A stretch of 15,479 nucleotides of DNA from Bdellovibrionota bacterium (lineage in GTDB: Bacteria; Bdellovibrionota_C; UBA2361): assembly GCA_044352465.1 (NCBI GenBank), contig JBILDU010000074.1:1-15479 (forward strand), written 5' to 3'. Both the position numbers and the translations under genes were made by a program. This document shows positions 7,259-15,479 of this stretch, piece by piece (position 1 is the first letter of the stretch; each line of letters opens with the position of its first letter). The notes beneath the pieces are model-generated. The model ran no database searches and was not told the origin of the DNA. It worked only from the letters and a program-made list of their open reading frames with translations.

Positions 7259-8467
7259 CTACTCGTAGCGCAGCGCCTCGAGGATCTCCGTCCGAGAGGC
7301 TTTGCGTGCAGGCCAGACGCCGAAAACAACGCCGACGATGAGCGACATAAAGAACGCTGGCGGGAGAATCCAGAGTGGTGCGCGTAGGTCAAAACTCGGC
7401 ACAAAAAGAAAGATTGTGTAGGTGAGCCCGACTGAGAGGATTATCCCGGTCATGCCACCGATGAGAGACAAGGTTACTGCTTCGGCTAGAAATTGCTTTA
7501 AGATATCGCTCTGACGCGCTCCGACGGCGCGACGTATCCCGATCTCGGGGGTTCTCTCGGCGACGCTCACGAGCATGATATTCATAATTCCGATGCCGCC
7601 GACGAGCATCGAGATACAAGCGATCGCTCCAAGAACATAGGTAAGCATATTGAGGATCGTCGCCATGCTCTCCATCATCGCTACCTGCGTGAGGACTGTG
7701 AAGTCCTCCTCCCCGTCCCGGCGTTCACGCAATATCTCTGTAATCTCGGCGACCGCGTCGTCGATGCTGGCACGGGAGCGTGCTTTGGCGCGGATCCCGA
7801 AAAGTTTATCGTCGTTAAAGAGCCTGAGAGCCGCTGTCGTGGGTATGAAAACAAATTCATCGATGTTGAAGCCGAGTTTACTTCCCAGCGGAGCCATAAC
7901 GCCGATGATACGAAACTCGGTCTCGTTCATTCGAATCGAACGGCCGAGGGGATTGTCATCTCCGAACAGGCTCTTTCGAACGGCATCGCCGAGTACGGCG
8001 ACCCGACGGCCATAATCATCCTCCTCCCGGGAAAAGAAATTCCCCTCGTGGACCCGTAGATTTAAAATTCGGATAAAATCGTCGTTTGAGCCGAAGACGC
8101 TGACGTTGCTGGTGCTCTCTTCGAATTTCACCGTGGCTGAGCCAAAGACGAGTCCGGTGACCGCTTCGAGAGAAAGCGCTTTCTTCTCGAGCGCATTCAC
8201 ATCGGCGCTGGTCATTTTTCGTTGGGCCGCACCCATCGGAGGGCCCATATGGGTTTTTTTATCGGTCTTCCCCGGTTGCACGATGATGAGGTTTGTTCCG
8301 AGTCCCTCGAACTCGGCCAGGATATAATTCTTGGCACCGTTGCCGATGGAGACGAGGAGGATAACGGCAGCGACACCGATCACCATGCCGAGCATGGTGA
8401 GCGCCGTCCGAAATTTATTCGCCCGGAGCGCTTCGAGGGAGAGGCGTACGATCTCACGGGGCGACAT
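7259..8467 (-). CDS. MacB/FtsX-family ABC transporter permease
   Basis: ALRANKFRTALTMLGMVIGVAAV, periplasmic domain, LVGGIGIMNIMLVSVAERTPEIGIRRAVGA and PARKAS..EALRYE. Start set at ATG 8467 (MSPRE), which overlaps the ATPase stop. Confidence 0.93.
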   Translation of the reverse strand: MSPREIVRLSLEALRANKFRTALTMLGMVIGVAAVILLVSIGNGAKNYILAEFEGLGTNLIIVQPGKTDKKTHMGPPMGAAQRKMTSADVNALEKKALSLEAVTGLVFGSATVKFEESTSNVSVFGSNDDFIRILNLRVHEGNFFSREEDDYGRRVAVLGDAVRKSLFGDDNPLGRSIRMNETEFRIIGVMAPLGSKLGFNIDEFVFIPTTAALRLFNDDKLFGIRAKARSRASIDDAVAEITEILRERRDGEEDFTVLTQVAMMESMATILNMLTYVLGAIACISMLVGGIGIMNIMLVSVAERTPEIGIRRAVGARQSDILKQFLAEAVTLSLIGGMTGIILSVGLTYTIFLFVPSFDLRAPLWILPPAFFMSLIVGVVFGVWPARKASRTEILEALRYE

Positions 8468-9152
8468 GGGTATCCTTAGCGATGCGGCCATCGAAAAATC
8501 CGATTTGGCGTTGGGCGCGCGCTGCATTCGCCATATCGTGTGTCACCATAATAATGGTAACCCCTTGTTTGTTGAGCTCGGTGAAAAGAGCCAGAATCTC
8601 CGCGCCACTTTTGGAGTCGAGATTCCCGGTCGGTTCGTCCGCCAGAATAATTGATGGTTGATTCACCAGGGCTCGCGCGATCGCGACCCGCTGGCGTTGC
8701 CCTCCGGAGAGCTCATTCGGTTGGTGGTGAAGACGATCCGACAGTCCCACACGCTCGAGAGCTTCGGTCGCAAGGCGAACTATTTCGGTGTCAGTGCGAC
8801 GGGTTTCTCGAGTCTCGTACACGAGGGGCATCGCCACGTTTCGCAGCGCAGTGGCGCGGGGAAGAAGATGAAAAGCCTGAAAGACGAAGCCGATCTTTTT
8901 GTTGCGGAGCTCCGCGCGGGCGGTGTCCGAAAGCGACTCCGTGGGATGGCCGTCGAGGCGGTAAATCCCTTTGTCCGGGGCATCGAGGAGGCCTAGAATA
9001 TAAAGAAACGTCGATTTTCCGCTCCCGGAAGGGCCCGTAATTGCGATGAACTCCCCCGTGCCGATCTCGATCGTAACGTCGTTCAGCGCCAGGATCCTCT
9101 CATCCCCGCGGATGAAGACCCGCGATAGGTTTCGAACCTCGATTAAGGCCAT
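8454..9152 (-). CDS. ABC transporter ATP-binding protein (MacB/LolD-type)
   Basis: Walker A GPSGSGKST, IGFVFQAFHLL, signature LSGGQRQRV, Walker B IILADEPTGNLD and H-loop VTHD. Confidence 0.95.
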   Translation of the reverse strand: MALIEVRNLSRVFIRGDERILALNDVTIEIGTGEFIAITGPSGSGKSTFLYILGLLDAPDKGIYRLDGHPTESLSDTARAELRNKKIGFVFQAFHLLPRATALRNVAMPLVYETRETRRTDTEIVRLATEALERVGLSDRLHHQPNELSGGQRQRVAIARALVNQPSIILADEPTGNLDSKSGAEILALFTELNKQGVTIIMVTHDMANAARAQRQIGFFDGRIAKDTHVAP

Positions 9153-10135
9153 GTTTGCCGGGTCTCTTTCACTATGGCGCCTTCGATAAGCTCCGCCGAT
9201 TCCCGTGGAGTGAGAACCACGTCGCCGATGGAGAGGCCGCTTTTGATCTCGGTACGGTCGTAATTTGAGAGCCCGATAGTGACCGGTGTCTTCGCGGCCT
9301 TTGTCCCCGCAAGTTTAAAGACGTATCGGCTAGCACCTCGGCCAAAAACAGCCCGAGAGGGGACCGCGAGGACGTCGTCGCGCGATTCCGTAAGTATCTC
9401 CACGTCGGCCGATGCGCCGACTGGTAGCAGGACGCCTTCATCTGCGATCGTCAGTTCGATTTGCGATGTGCGATCTTGCTCGCGGGTGGCGTTGACGAAG
9501 GGGACAACCTTTCGCACCGTTGCGTTGAAGGGGTCGCGACGGACTGCGAGGATCTTTACCCGGGCAGGGAGACCGAGGGTTACTTTGGGGAGATCGACTT
9601 CATCGATTTCGGCTTCGACAAAGCGGGGCTCGAGATCAACGAGCCTGATGAGCGCTCGAGGGATGACTGCGGTGATCTGCGAGAGCTGTCCAACTTCGAG
9701 ATTTATTTCGGCGACAACGCCATCAAACGGGGCCCGGATGAGGCTCTTCTCGTAGTTCGCATGGGCGAGCTCTTGGGCCTTGAGAGCCTCTTCCGACTCG
9801 GTGGAGGCGAGCACCTTGGATTGCCACAAGGTTTTCGCTCGAGCGAGGTCGCTATTGGCCTTCGTAAGGGTCTGTTTGAGGTCCAGGTTTTCAAGTTCCG
9901 CGAGTATATCGCCCCGTTTGACCCGTGAGCCGAGTTTCACATTGAGGACACTCACCCGTCCGACCGCGCCAAAAGCGAGCTCGACTTCGTGCTCTGCATC
10001 GACGCTCCCCGAAGTGACGCTTGATACGGTGGACTCTACCCGCGTTTTGACGGCAGCAACGCCGTTGACCTCGACAGGCTTCGAACAACCAAGAAGACCA
10101 GTCGAGAGGAGCAAAAAGATGGCGAGCTGACGCAT
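9143..10135 (-). CDS. MacA-like periplasmic adaptor (membrane fusion protein), predicted lipoprotein
   Basis: From ATG 10135: signal peptide with lipobox LLGC (Cys17), lipoyl halves (VKLGSRVKRGDILAEL and IRAPFDGVV), EIDEVD and VLAVPSRAV. The stop overlaps the ATPase start. Confidence 0.9.
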   Translation of the reverse strand: MRQLAIFLLLSTGLLGCSKPVEVNGVAAVKTRVESTVSSVTSGSVDAEHEVELAFGAVGRVSVLNVKLGSRVKRGDILAELENLDLKQTLTKANSDLARAKTLWQSKVLASTESEEALKAQELAHANYEKSLIRAPFDGVVAEINLEVGQLSQITAVIPRALIRLVDLEPRFVEAEIDEVDLPKVTLGLPARVKILAVRRDPFNATVRKVVPFVNATREQDRTSQIELTIADEGVLLPVGASADVEILTESRDDVLAVPSRAVFGRGASRYVFKLAGTKAAKTPVTIGLSNYDRTEIKSGLSIGDVVLTPRESAELIEGAIVKETRQTWP

Positions 10136-10202
10136 AGGGAGACGATACCGTAGGCATTTTGGAAGGGAAAGAAGGGGGATTGGAGTGGGCATAACACTCG
10201 CC

Positions 10203-10260
10203 CGCCGAGGCCCCTTCGGCCTCGGCGCGGTCCAGCCTCACTGTGGCTCAGTGCACGCTG
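10203..10260. repeat. Two adjacent intergenic hairpins between speB and the ABC exporter operon
   Basis: Perfect 10-bp inverted repeat CGCCGAGGCC 10203-10212/GGCCTCGGCG 10218-10227, and a second hairpin CCAGC..CACTG/CAGTG..GCTGG 10231-10260. No clear U-tract. Confidence 0.5.
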
Positions 10261-10289
10261 GCGTGCCGAGGAGCTTCAAGGACAGCTTT

Positions 10290-11168
10290 CTACACCGCAC
10301 TTTCCCGCAGCGCTTCCCGATAGCTGAGGAGCTTGTAGACTACCTTCGCCGCCATGAAGTCGGGGGCAGGGTTTGCTTCATTTGGAGCGAGCTCTACGAT
10401 GTCAAAGCCAACGACGTTCTTATGCTCAATGACAGCCCGGAGGAGGGTAATGACGTCGTACCAACCGAGTCCCCCCGGCTCAGGGGTTCCCGTAGAAGGC
10501 ATGATGCCGATGTCGAAGACGTCGACATCGAGGGTGATATAGACTTCATCGGTGAGCTGGGCGAGGACGTTTTCGATCCAGTTCGGCGTGAGCCTCAAAT
10601 GCTCGGCGAAGAATATCCGCTGCGAGTCGACGTTGACGAGCTCCGAGCGATCCATCGCCCGAATGCCTACCGCGACGACTCGGTCAACCATCTCCTTTGC
10701 CCGCGCCATGATGCAGGCGTGGCTGTAAGGATTGCCTTCGTATGAGTCGCGAAGATCGGTATGGGCATCGAGCTGAAGGACGCTCATCTTTGGGTACTTC
10801 TCGGCGTGGGCTTTAATCGGTCCATAAGAAACCGAGTGCTCACCACCCACTGAGATGACGAACTTACCGTCTTTAAGGAGCTCTTTTGTGCGCTCGTAAG
10901 CCGCTTTGTTGAGAGCTTGCCCGTCCTCCGCCTCAACCGGTTCCGCGGTAAAGATACCGCGGCGGTAGGCTTCGGTCTGAGTTTCGATATCGTAGAGTTC
11001 AAGGTTCTTTGACGCCTCGATCAGTCCTTGGGGGCCTCGACTGGTGCCCGCGAGCCAGGAGCAGGTCTTGTCGAAGGGGAGGGGAAGAATCACCGTCTCT
11101 GAATTCCGGTATGAAGAGAATTCAGCGGGGATTCCTAAAAAATTGTCGGGCCGTTTGTCCGTCGTCAT
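10290..11168 (-). CDS. speB: Agmatinase (ureohydrolase family)
   Basis: Mn-binding motifs GGEHS, DAHTD and DVDVFD, plus STGTPEPGG and FDIVEL. Start set at ATG 11168 (MTTDK). Confidence 0.92.
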   Translation of the reverse strand: MTTDKRPDNFLGIPAEFSSYRNSETVILPLPFDKTCSWLAGTSRGPQGLIEASKNLELYDIETQTEAYRRGIFTAEPVEAEDGQALNKAAYERTKELLKDGKFVISVGGEHSVSYGPIKAHAEKYPKMSVLQLDAHTDLRDSYEGNPYSHACIMARAKEMVDRVVAVGIRAMDRSELVNVDSQRIFFAEHLRLTPNWIENVLAQLTDEVYITLDVDVFDIGIMPSTGTPEPGGLGWYDVITLLRAVIEHKNVVGFDIVELAPNEANPAPDFMAAKVVYKLLSYREALRESAV

Positions 11169-11290
11169 ACTCGCTCTTCTCTGAAGGGGACTCTCCACGA
11201 GCCCAAAAAATCGGAGTTTTGCGGTCTTTCCCCGGCGTAGACTCCGCTTTGCGGGGCCAGGCGGAGAGAGCTCCGTCGCGGGCCTTTCGA

Positions 11291-11338
11291 TTGACAGGCC
11301 CGCCGTTGGAGATTATACCGAGACCTTAGTCTCATCAA
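11291..11338. promoter_or_regulatory. Overlapping divergent sigma70 promoters for speB and the DHS-like gene, with a palindrome
   Basis: + strand: TTGACA 11291-11296, 17 nt, TATACC 11314-11319. - strand: TATAAT (attata 11312-11317) with TTGATG (catcaa 11333-11338) 15 nt upstream. Inverted repeat GAGAC-CTTA-GTCTC at 11320-11333. Confidence 0.55.
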
Positions 11339-11359
11339 CGTAAAAGGACTCCAAAAACG

Positions 11360-12328
11360 ATGAAAATCTCCGATTTCATGAAGCTTCACTACCGCCACTT
11401 CAACGCCGCCGTGACGGTCGATGCGTCGGAGGCGTGGATCAAGCACCTCGAGAAGGGGGGCAAGATGTTTCTGACGATGGCGGGGGCGATGAGCACCGCG
11501 GAGCTGGGGATCTCACTCGCGGAGATGATACGAGCGAATAAGGTTCATGCGATCTGCTGTACCGGAGCCAATCTGGAAGAGGATATCTTCAATCTGGTGG
11601 CCCACAGTCACTATGAACGGATCCCTGATTATCGCTCGCTGAAGGCGGAGGAAGAGGTTGCGCTTCGTGAGCGTGGAATGAATCGGGTTACCGACACGTG
11701 CATCCCTGAGCACGAGGCGGTTCGGCGGATTGAGGGTGAGGTGCTCAAGCTTTGGCAGAAGGCCGATCGGGAGAAGAAGAGCTACTTCCCGTATGAGTTC
11801 ATGTACCAGCTTCTCGAAACTGGGGAGCTCAAGAAATACTACGAGATCGATCCGAAGCACTCGTGGCTCCTCGCCGCGTGCGAGAAGAAGCTCCCCATTT
11901 GGACCCCGGGTTGGGAGGATTCAACGCTCGGGAACATCTTTGTAGCGAACGTGATGTGCGGAAACGTGAGTCGCTTCAATGTGTACAAGAGCGGATTGGA
12001 GCAGATGGCGGAGCTCGCCGGTTGGTACCGCGAGACGGCGCCGAAGTCCCCGATCGGATTTTTCCAGATCGGCGGGGGTATCGCTGGGGATTTTCCGATT
12101 TGTGTCGTGCCGATGCTCATCCAGGACCTGCAGGAAAAAGATACTCCGCTCTGGAGCTATTTCTGTCAGATCAGCGACAGTACCACCTCGTTTGGCTCTT
12201 ACAGCGGCGCGGTGCCGAATGAGAAAATTAGTTGGGGCAAGCTCGCGGGAGATACGCCGAAATTTGTGATTGAGTCGGATGCTTCGATCGTAGCTCCGCT
12301 GGTCTTCAGCTACGTCTTGGGGCAGTAA
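11360..12328 (+). CDS. Deoxyhypusine synthase-like protein (probable homospermidine-forming enzyme)
   Basis: FLTMAGAMSTAELG, CTGANLEEDIFN, NRVTDTCIPE, WEDSTLG, IGGGIAGDF, SYSGAVPNEKISWGK (catalytic-Lys motif) and ESDASIVAPL. AAAGGA RBS upstream. Confidence 0.92.
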   Translation: MKISDFMKLHYRHFNAAVTVDASEAWIKHLEKGGKMFLTMAGAMSTAELGISLAEMIRANKVHAICCTGANLEEDIFNLVAHSHYERIPDYRSLKAEEEVALRERGMNRVTDTCIPEHEAVRRIEGEVLKLWQKADREKKSYFPYEFMYQLLETGELKKYYEIDPKHSWLLAACEKKLPIWTPGWEDSTLGNIFVANVMCGNVSRFNVYKSGLEQMAELAGWYRETAPKSPIGFFQIGGGIAGDFPICVVPMLIQDLQEKDTPLWSYFCQISDSTTSFGSYSGAVPNEKISWGKLAGDTPKFVIESDASIVAPLVFSYVLGQ

Positions 12329-12361
12329 TCGCGGGCCTCAGTCATTTTTGATCGCGGAGCG

Positions 12362-14353
12362 CTATTTTGCCGCCGCACTCGCATCCAAAAAACGTGCGAG
12401 GACGTATATTTTTTCGGCGGTGCCGATGACGACGATCTCATCGTCGGGAAGGAGCACCTCGTCACCAGGGGGATGAGGCAGGGTCTCTTGACCCCGCCTG
12501 ATCGCAAGAAGCGTAGCCTCGTAGCGGCGCCGAAAATCGCTTTGGGTAATGCCGGCTTCGCCGAGGGGCGAGCCGTGGGGGATTTTAAAAGTGGCGACCT
12601 CGAATTCAGGAATATGGATTTTCAGATCGGAAACCGAGGGCGAGGGGGTCCGAAACATTTTGTATCCATCGGCGCGAAGCTCGGTGACGAATCGGTCGAT
12701 GTGGCTGACGGGAACCAGATACTTCGAGAGGACACGTACGAATATCTCAACTGAGGTTTCAAACTCCTCCGGAATCACTTCATTGGCTCCCTGAGCATAG
12801 AGCGGTTCGGTGTCCTCGACGAGTCGGGTACGAGCGATGATATAGAGCGCGGGATTAAGTCTTCGGGCGAGCGAGACGATTCGCCGGGTACCAGCTGAGT
12901 CCGATATTGCGACGACGAGAACTCGAGCTGTCTCGATGCTTTGGCCGAGCAGGGTGTGCTCTTTAGAGGCATCGCCGTAGTGAATCGGATGGCCGAGCAG
13001 GCGTTCGCTGCGCACAGTTTCTGGGTTTGTCTCGAGGACAAGGTAGGGGATATGAGCGGTTTGCGCAGCGCGGGCAACGTTACGGCCGTTGACGCCGAAT
13101 CCGACGATGATGAGGTGATCGTGGAGACCGGTTCCGCGGGTGATCTCCCCAGGCGACGCCATCCACCCGTTCTTGATCACCTGTGGCAGCGGAAGTCGGT
13201 CAAGGGCTTCGGTGATGGCGGGCGCGAAGCGGAGCATCACGGGGACGAGGACGATCGAGATTAGGGAGACCGAAAGGAATAGCTGATAGGAGGAGTCGGA
13301 TAGCACGTTCAGTCCGAGGGCTACCTTAGCGATGACGAAGGAGAATTCCCCCACTTGGGCAAGGGCCAGTCCAGCAAAGGCACATGTCTTCAGCGGCAAT
13401 CCGACGGCGTAGACTGCGACAGCGGCGACGATGGCCTTGAGGACGATCACGACCACACAGGCGCACGTAACGAGGGCCCAGTTATCGACGAGGAAGGAGG
13501 CGTCGAGGAGCATACCCACTGAAACGAAGAAGATAGAGGTGAAGATATCTCGAAACGGGAAGATGTTACTTAACGCCTCGTGGCTGTATTCAGAGTCGGC
13601 GATAAGAAGGCCCGCGAGAAACGCGCCGAGGGCGAGGGAAAGGCCGATCGAATGGGTGAAGAGCGCGACGGCGAAGCAGAGAACGACGACGGCGAGTGAG
13701 AAGAGCTCGCGACTCCGGACGCGCGCTACCTCGTGCAGGAGGGGGGGGATGAGTTTCGCTGAAGCAACTATGACGACGACCACTAGCAGCGCGGCACGGA
13801 GAAGGGTCCAGGTCAGCGAGTCCCCAGCACCCCCCTGCCCAGCGATTAAAGGCAGGGCCAGCATCATCGGGACTGCGGCGATATCTTGAAAGATCAGGAC
13901 TCCGAGGGCGGCTTTGCCATAGGGGGCCTCCACCTCTCGTCGTTCCTGGAGAAGTTTGAGGAGTACGGCCGTACTACTGAGAGAAATAAGTAGGCCGATG
14001 ACGATACTTTCGGAACCGCTATGCCCCATGACGTGCGTCAGTCCGCTTATCGTGGCGACGGTGATAACCACTTGGAGCAGGCCGCCGACGAGGACGAATC
14101 GACGGATCCGGTTGAGCTCTCGTAACGAAAGTTCGAGGCCGATTGAGAATAGAAGAAGTACCACACCGATTTCGGCGAGGAGTTCAACCGGCTCGACCGA
14201 AGTCACTATACCGAGGCCGTGCGGCCCGGTGAGTGCCCCGGTAAAAAGGAAGCCGATAATCGAGGGGACACGAAGCCTATGACAAAGGAGAATTACTCCT
14301 ACGGCGAGGGTGAAGACAACAACGAGTTGATTAAGGAGTTCGAGTCCGTGCAT
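12362..14353 (-). CDS. CPA2-family monovalent cation:proton antiporter (Kef/YbaL-like) with RCK_N (TrkA-N) and RCK_C domains
   Basis: LAEIGVVLLLFSIGLE, SSTAV, LIFQDIA, ALGAFLAGL, FFVSVG, LAQVGEFSF, Rossmann motif IIVGFGVNG, YGDAS and a C-terminal TrkA-C-like LLAIRRG..PPGD..L.PDD. Confidence 0.93.
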   Translation of the reverse strand: MHGLELLNQLVVVFTLAVGVILLCHRLRVPSIIGFLFTGALTGPHGLGIVTSVEPVELLAEIGVVLLLFSIGLELSLRELNRIRRFVLVGGLLQVVITVATISGLTHVMGHSGSESIVIGLLISLSSTAVLLKLLQERREVEAPYGKAALGVLIFQDIAAVPMMLALPLIAGQGGAGDSLTWTLLRAALLVVVVIVASAKLIPPLLHEVARVRSRELFSLAVVVLCFAVALFTHSIGLSLALGAFLAGLLIADSEYSHEALSNIFPFRDIFTSIFFVSVGMLLDASFLVDNWALVTCACVVVIVLKAIVAAVAVYAVGLPLKTCAFAGLALAQVGEFSFVIAKVALGLNVLSDSSYQLFLSVSLISIVLVPVMLRFAPAITEALDRLPLPQVIKNGWMASPGEITRGTGLHDHLIIVGFGVNGRNVARAAQTAHIPYLVLETNPETVRSERLLGHPIHYGDASKEHTLLGQSIETARVLVVAISDSAGTRRIVSLARRLNPALYIIARTRLVEDTEPLYAQGANEVIPEEFETSVEIFVRVLSKYLVPVSHIDRFVTELRADGYKMFRTPSPSVSDLKIHIPEFEVATFKIPHGSPLGEAGITQSDFRRRYEATLLAIRRGQETLPHPPGDEVLLPDDEIVVIGTAEKIYVLARFLDASAAAK

Positions 14354-14503
14354 AGCGACTGTGGAATATGGAGCGTAGTCACCATGATCAAATCAGATTG
14401 CGGGGGTGTAGGCAATTTTTCTTACTTGAGATGCTTTTTCCCCCTTTTTGAGTCGGCGGATTTGGTCCTATGCTCCGGATTGTCGGGTAGTTGAGCGCAA
14501 AGA

Positions 14504-15112
14504 ATGAGAATGGACGGAACGATCGTCCCCATTCCGGGGGAGCTACATCAAACCGAGTTAGAGGCGTTATGCGACCTCTGTGGGCGAGCACGCTCGCTGG
14601 AAGAGCTCCTTCTTTGGGTTGATGAGCGAAAGCGGATTACGGTGAACGCCCATGGGCGCGGAGCTCGTCGGGTAATTGAGTTCTCCTTTTCGATCGATGA
14701 TGACGTGGTCGCGGTCCTTTCCGTCTCTGCTGCGGGTGTGGTGAGTAGGATTCCTGATTTCGAGCCGCTGTGTGAGCAGGCCCGCACTTTTGACGACCAA
14801 CCGGGGTATCGCCCAGACGATTCATGGTTTGATGCCCGCAACAACCGTCTGGGGCTCTACGATAACCACCGCCATCAAATGAACTTTGCACCACCCCAAG
14901 CGGTTCTTGAACTGGTGTGCAGTTATGCCCTCTCAAGCTCGGGCTTTGCGGAGATAAGCAACCTTCAGCTTCAAGAGGGGGAGGGGGAAGCCCGCGCCAT
15001 CAAGATAGCGCTGATGTTCACGGCTCCGACCGATACCCACGGATGGTATGAGACTGCGGCGGTTTACAAGTCGGAGCTGCACACCCATTTGGCCGACCGC
15101 TTCTGGAACTAA
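14504..15112 (+). CDS. Hypothetical protein
   Basis: 202-aa ORF divergent from the CPA2 gene and flanked by AT-richer intergenic DNA. Acidic, with one CxxC (CDLC). No family recognised. Confidence 0.7.
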   Translation: MRMDGTIVPIPGELHQTELEALCDLCGRARSLEELLLWVDERKRITVNAHGRGARRVIEFSFSIDDDVVAVLSVSAAGVVSRIPDFEPLCEQARTFDDQPGYRPDDSWFDARNNRLGLYDNHRHQMNFAPPQAVLELVCSYALSSSGFAEISNLQLQEGEGEARAIKIALMFTAPTDTHGWYETAAVYKSELHTHLADRFWN

Positions 15113-15279
15113 GATCTTATATTCATTATCTTTTTGCGCGTGGCTGAATCGCTCGGCTTGGCTGATTGTCTTTTGAGATAAAAATAGCGCCCGAATCGAC
15201 AGTTAAGAGCGGTTTACACCGAGCTTCTCCTATGAAAGTTCCGGCAAGGAAGTCGGAGCTCGTTGTACAAGGAGTGCGT

Positions 15280-15432
15280 ATGTCAGTTCAAAGCCGTCCA
15301 GTTGCTAGTCTCCCGAACCTCTCCCTCGATATCAAGTTAGCGAAGCTCGCTCGACCGAACGAGTCGTGCGAGCCGACGAAATGCAGCTCCTGGGAGAAGC
15401 CCTACAAAGAACCTGAGGCCAAGACACTGTAA
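15280..15432 (+). CDS. Small protein or peptide, 50 aa (MSVQSRPVASLPNLSLDIKLAKLARPNESCEPTKCSSWEKPYKEPEAKTL)
   Basis: ATG 15280 is preceded by a strong AAGGAG (15269-15274) at 5-nt spacing. It is in frame with the 15166-15432 track ORF, whose TTG start lacks an RBS. Confidence 0.55.
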   Translation: MSVQSRPVASLPNLSLDIKLAKLARPNESCEPTKCSSWEKPYKEPEAKTL

Positions 15433-15479
15433 TTTTACCCCCTGACCGCCCGCTTGCGTGGAGAGGTGGTTCGGCGAGG

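Noticed and set aside
10185..10745. 186-aa + strand ORF and the many other 60-170-aa ORFs inside annotated genes
   Set aside because: These are antisense or alternate-frame shadows of well-supported genes, expected in GC-rich DNA.
11200..11300. c-di-GMP-I-like words (GAAA, CGCAAAGC, GUCUA) on the minus strand
   Set aside because: The GGCAAAC P1/P2 arrangement and tetraloop-receptor geometry are absent.
1..15479. CRISPR array, tRNA, rRNA, transposase, integrase or phage genes
   Set aside because: No regularly spaced direct repeats, cloverleaf/T-loop signatures or relevant protein motifs were seen.

Overview
Bacterial, fairly GC-rich chromosomal window with no recognisable mobile element, CRISPR array, tRNA or rRNA. 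Genes in order: GT4-GT2 fusion glycosyltransferase (+), flavodoxin-fold NAD(P)H:FMN reductase-like protein (+), beta-carbonic anhydrase (+), divergent NhaB Na+/H+ antiporter (+), hypothetical protein (+), MacAB-type ABC exporter operon (-), agmatinase (-) divergent from a deoxyhypusine-synthase-like gene (+, probably homospermidine synthesis), CPA2/Kef-like cation:H+ antiporter with RCK domains (-), hypothetical protein (+) and a likely 50-aa small ORF (+). The most interesting signals are non-coding. nhaB has a sigma70-like promoter followed by a ~235-nt structured leader with mutually exclusive pairings (riboswitch-like), and is followed by a ~170-nt multi-stem RNA with G-U pairs and GCAA/UUCG tetraloops. 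The speB/DHS-like pair shares an overlapping bidirectional promoter with a palindrome and a structured leader. All RNA structures were found by eye and need covariance testing.
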